From: Geosiphon pyriformis uo1 | Taxonomy: Eukaryota > Fungi > Glomeromycota | Assembly: GCA_016748015.1 (NCBI GenBank) | Contig: JAAOMT010000445.1 | Span: 486,874-550,873 of the forward strand | Length of the DNA stretch: 64,000 bases | Direction: 5' to 3' | Part shown: one piece after another, positions 62,931 through 64,000 of the stretch | Layout: each line of letters starts with the position of its first letter | How positions within the stretch are numbered: the stretch's first letter is position 1 | Program-made: the position numbers and the translations under genes | The notes under the pieces: model-generated | The model's database searches: none | Told to the model about the DNA's origin: nothing | Seen by the model: the letters and a program-made list of their open reading frames with translations, nothing else

Positions 62931-64000
62931 ATGGAACTAACTCCAGAATATACTTTTCAATATTTGAAAGACCACCCTGGCGCCTCCTACGATGAAATTA
63001 AAAAGAAATACAATGAGCTGCAACAAGGTAAGCAAGCAATGAATACATATTTGTTGGGAGGATAGTTTGAAAGTTATCAATACTATTACAAGAGAGGCAG
63101 TTGAGTGTCATTAGTTGGGCAGAGCTGAAACATAGCAGAGCTAGATTATAAACTCGTTTTAAAGATTCATTTTGGGAGACAAAAAACATTATGGGTTAAT
63201 AAAAGAGCAATAGGGGTTCGTAGAGTAGCCATGAGTTCAACAGAAGGAGAATAGTTGGAATGCATTACAACATGCGCGTTGGGAAAAGTATAGAATAGAA
63301 CATTATTGGATATACATAAACTCGTTACAAAGATGAACTTAGAATAGAGCATAGTAAAATTGGCTTGGGCTTATCCATTTTGTTTTTTATTTTGACACTG
63401 GTTTCACAGGAGCATCCCATCTGCGAAGTGAAGTCGAGAAACAGGGATTTAACCGAAGTTATGCTGTATTGAAGAANNNNNNNNNNNNNNNNNNNNAATT
63501 CGTGAGCGAATAATGCAACCATCTGTTGATTCATCATCAAAAATTAGTAAATATGATCATATTGTGAGAATATTTGGAATGCATTACAACACGCACATTG
63601 AGAGGAGTATAGAATAGAGCATTATCGGTTATACATAAACTCGTTACAAAGATGAACTTAGAATAGAGCATAGTAAAATTGGCTTGGGCTTATCCATTTT
63701 GTTTTTTATTTTGACACTGGTTTCACAGGAGCATCCCATCTGCGAAGTGAAGTCGAGAAACAGGGATTTAACCGAAGTTATGCTGTATTGAAGAACGCAT
63801 TTAAGAATACTCTGATAAAGCCTCGAGAGGACTACGTCGATGTATTTTTTCGTCATTTAGAACAGTGTGCTAGTATATGGACGCCGCAACAGTTCTATGC
63901 TCCGTACACATCACTCATACAAGCCAGCGGTACTGGCAAGTCAAGACTATTAAGAGAATTAGCATTTGAAAAAGACGTCTTTGTGGTATATATTTGTTTG
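62931..64000 (+). CDS. Host spliced gene: P-loop NTPase, Crinkler-associated NTPase-like; exon 1 62931-63027, exon 2 63729->64000
   Basis: ATG exon ends at donor GTAAGC; acceptor TTTCACAG; phase-1 join is in frame to ...FYAPYTSLIQASGTGKSRLLRELAFEKDVFVVYICL; CpG-retaining upstream region with ATATAAA at 62881. Confidence 0.72.

Noticed and set aside
63255-63795. ~220-bp direct duplication containing the splice acceptor
   Set aside because: The copies flank an N-gap, so an assembly overlap or collapsed paralog/haplotype is more likely than a real tandem duplication; cannot be resolved here.

Overview
AT-rich eukaryotic DNA, probably fungal; the protein style suggests Glomeromycotina, but that is inference. 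It is almost entirely decayed transposons. Positions 1-44600 are one nest of Ty3/Gypsy LTR retrotransposons whose boundaries can be read from LTR termini, PBS/PPT and 4-bp TSDs. B(-) contains F(-) in its 5' LTR, F contains C(+) in its 3' LTR, C contains D(+) at its gag-protease junction, and D contains E(+) in its dUTPase. A(+) interrupts the dUTPase of B. The four LTR families (A/B/E, C/G, D, F) share an unusual layout: one gag-PR-[Cys-rich domain]-dUTPase-RT-RNaseH frame ending at a conserved stop, a separate integrase ORF, then a conserved non-env ORF3 running into the PPT. Further right are a full-length LINE (APE-RT-RNaseH), a non-autonomous deletion derivative of family C (G), a TA-flanked Tc1/mariner-like DNA transposon with one heavily mutated and one pristine TIR, and the first two exons of a host P-loop NTPase gene. 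Decay is overwhelmingly C>T/G>A, including non-CpG sites, and falls away near 61.3 kb. All alignments and translations were done by eye, so internal domain coordinates are approximate.
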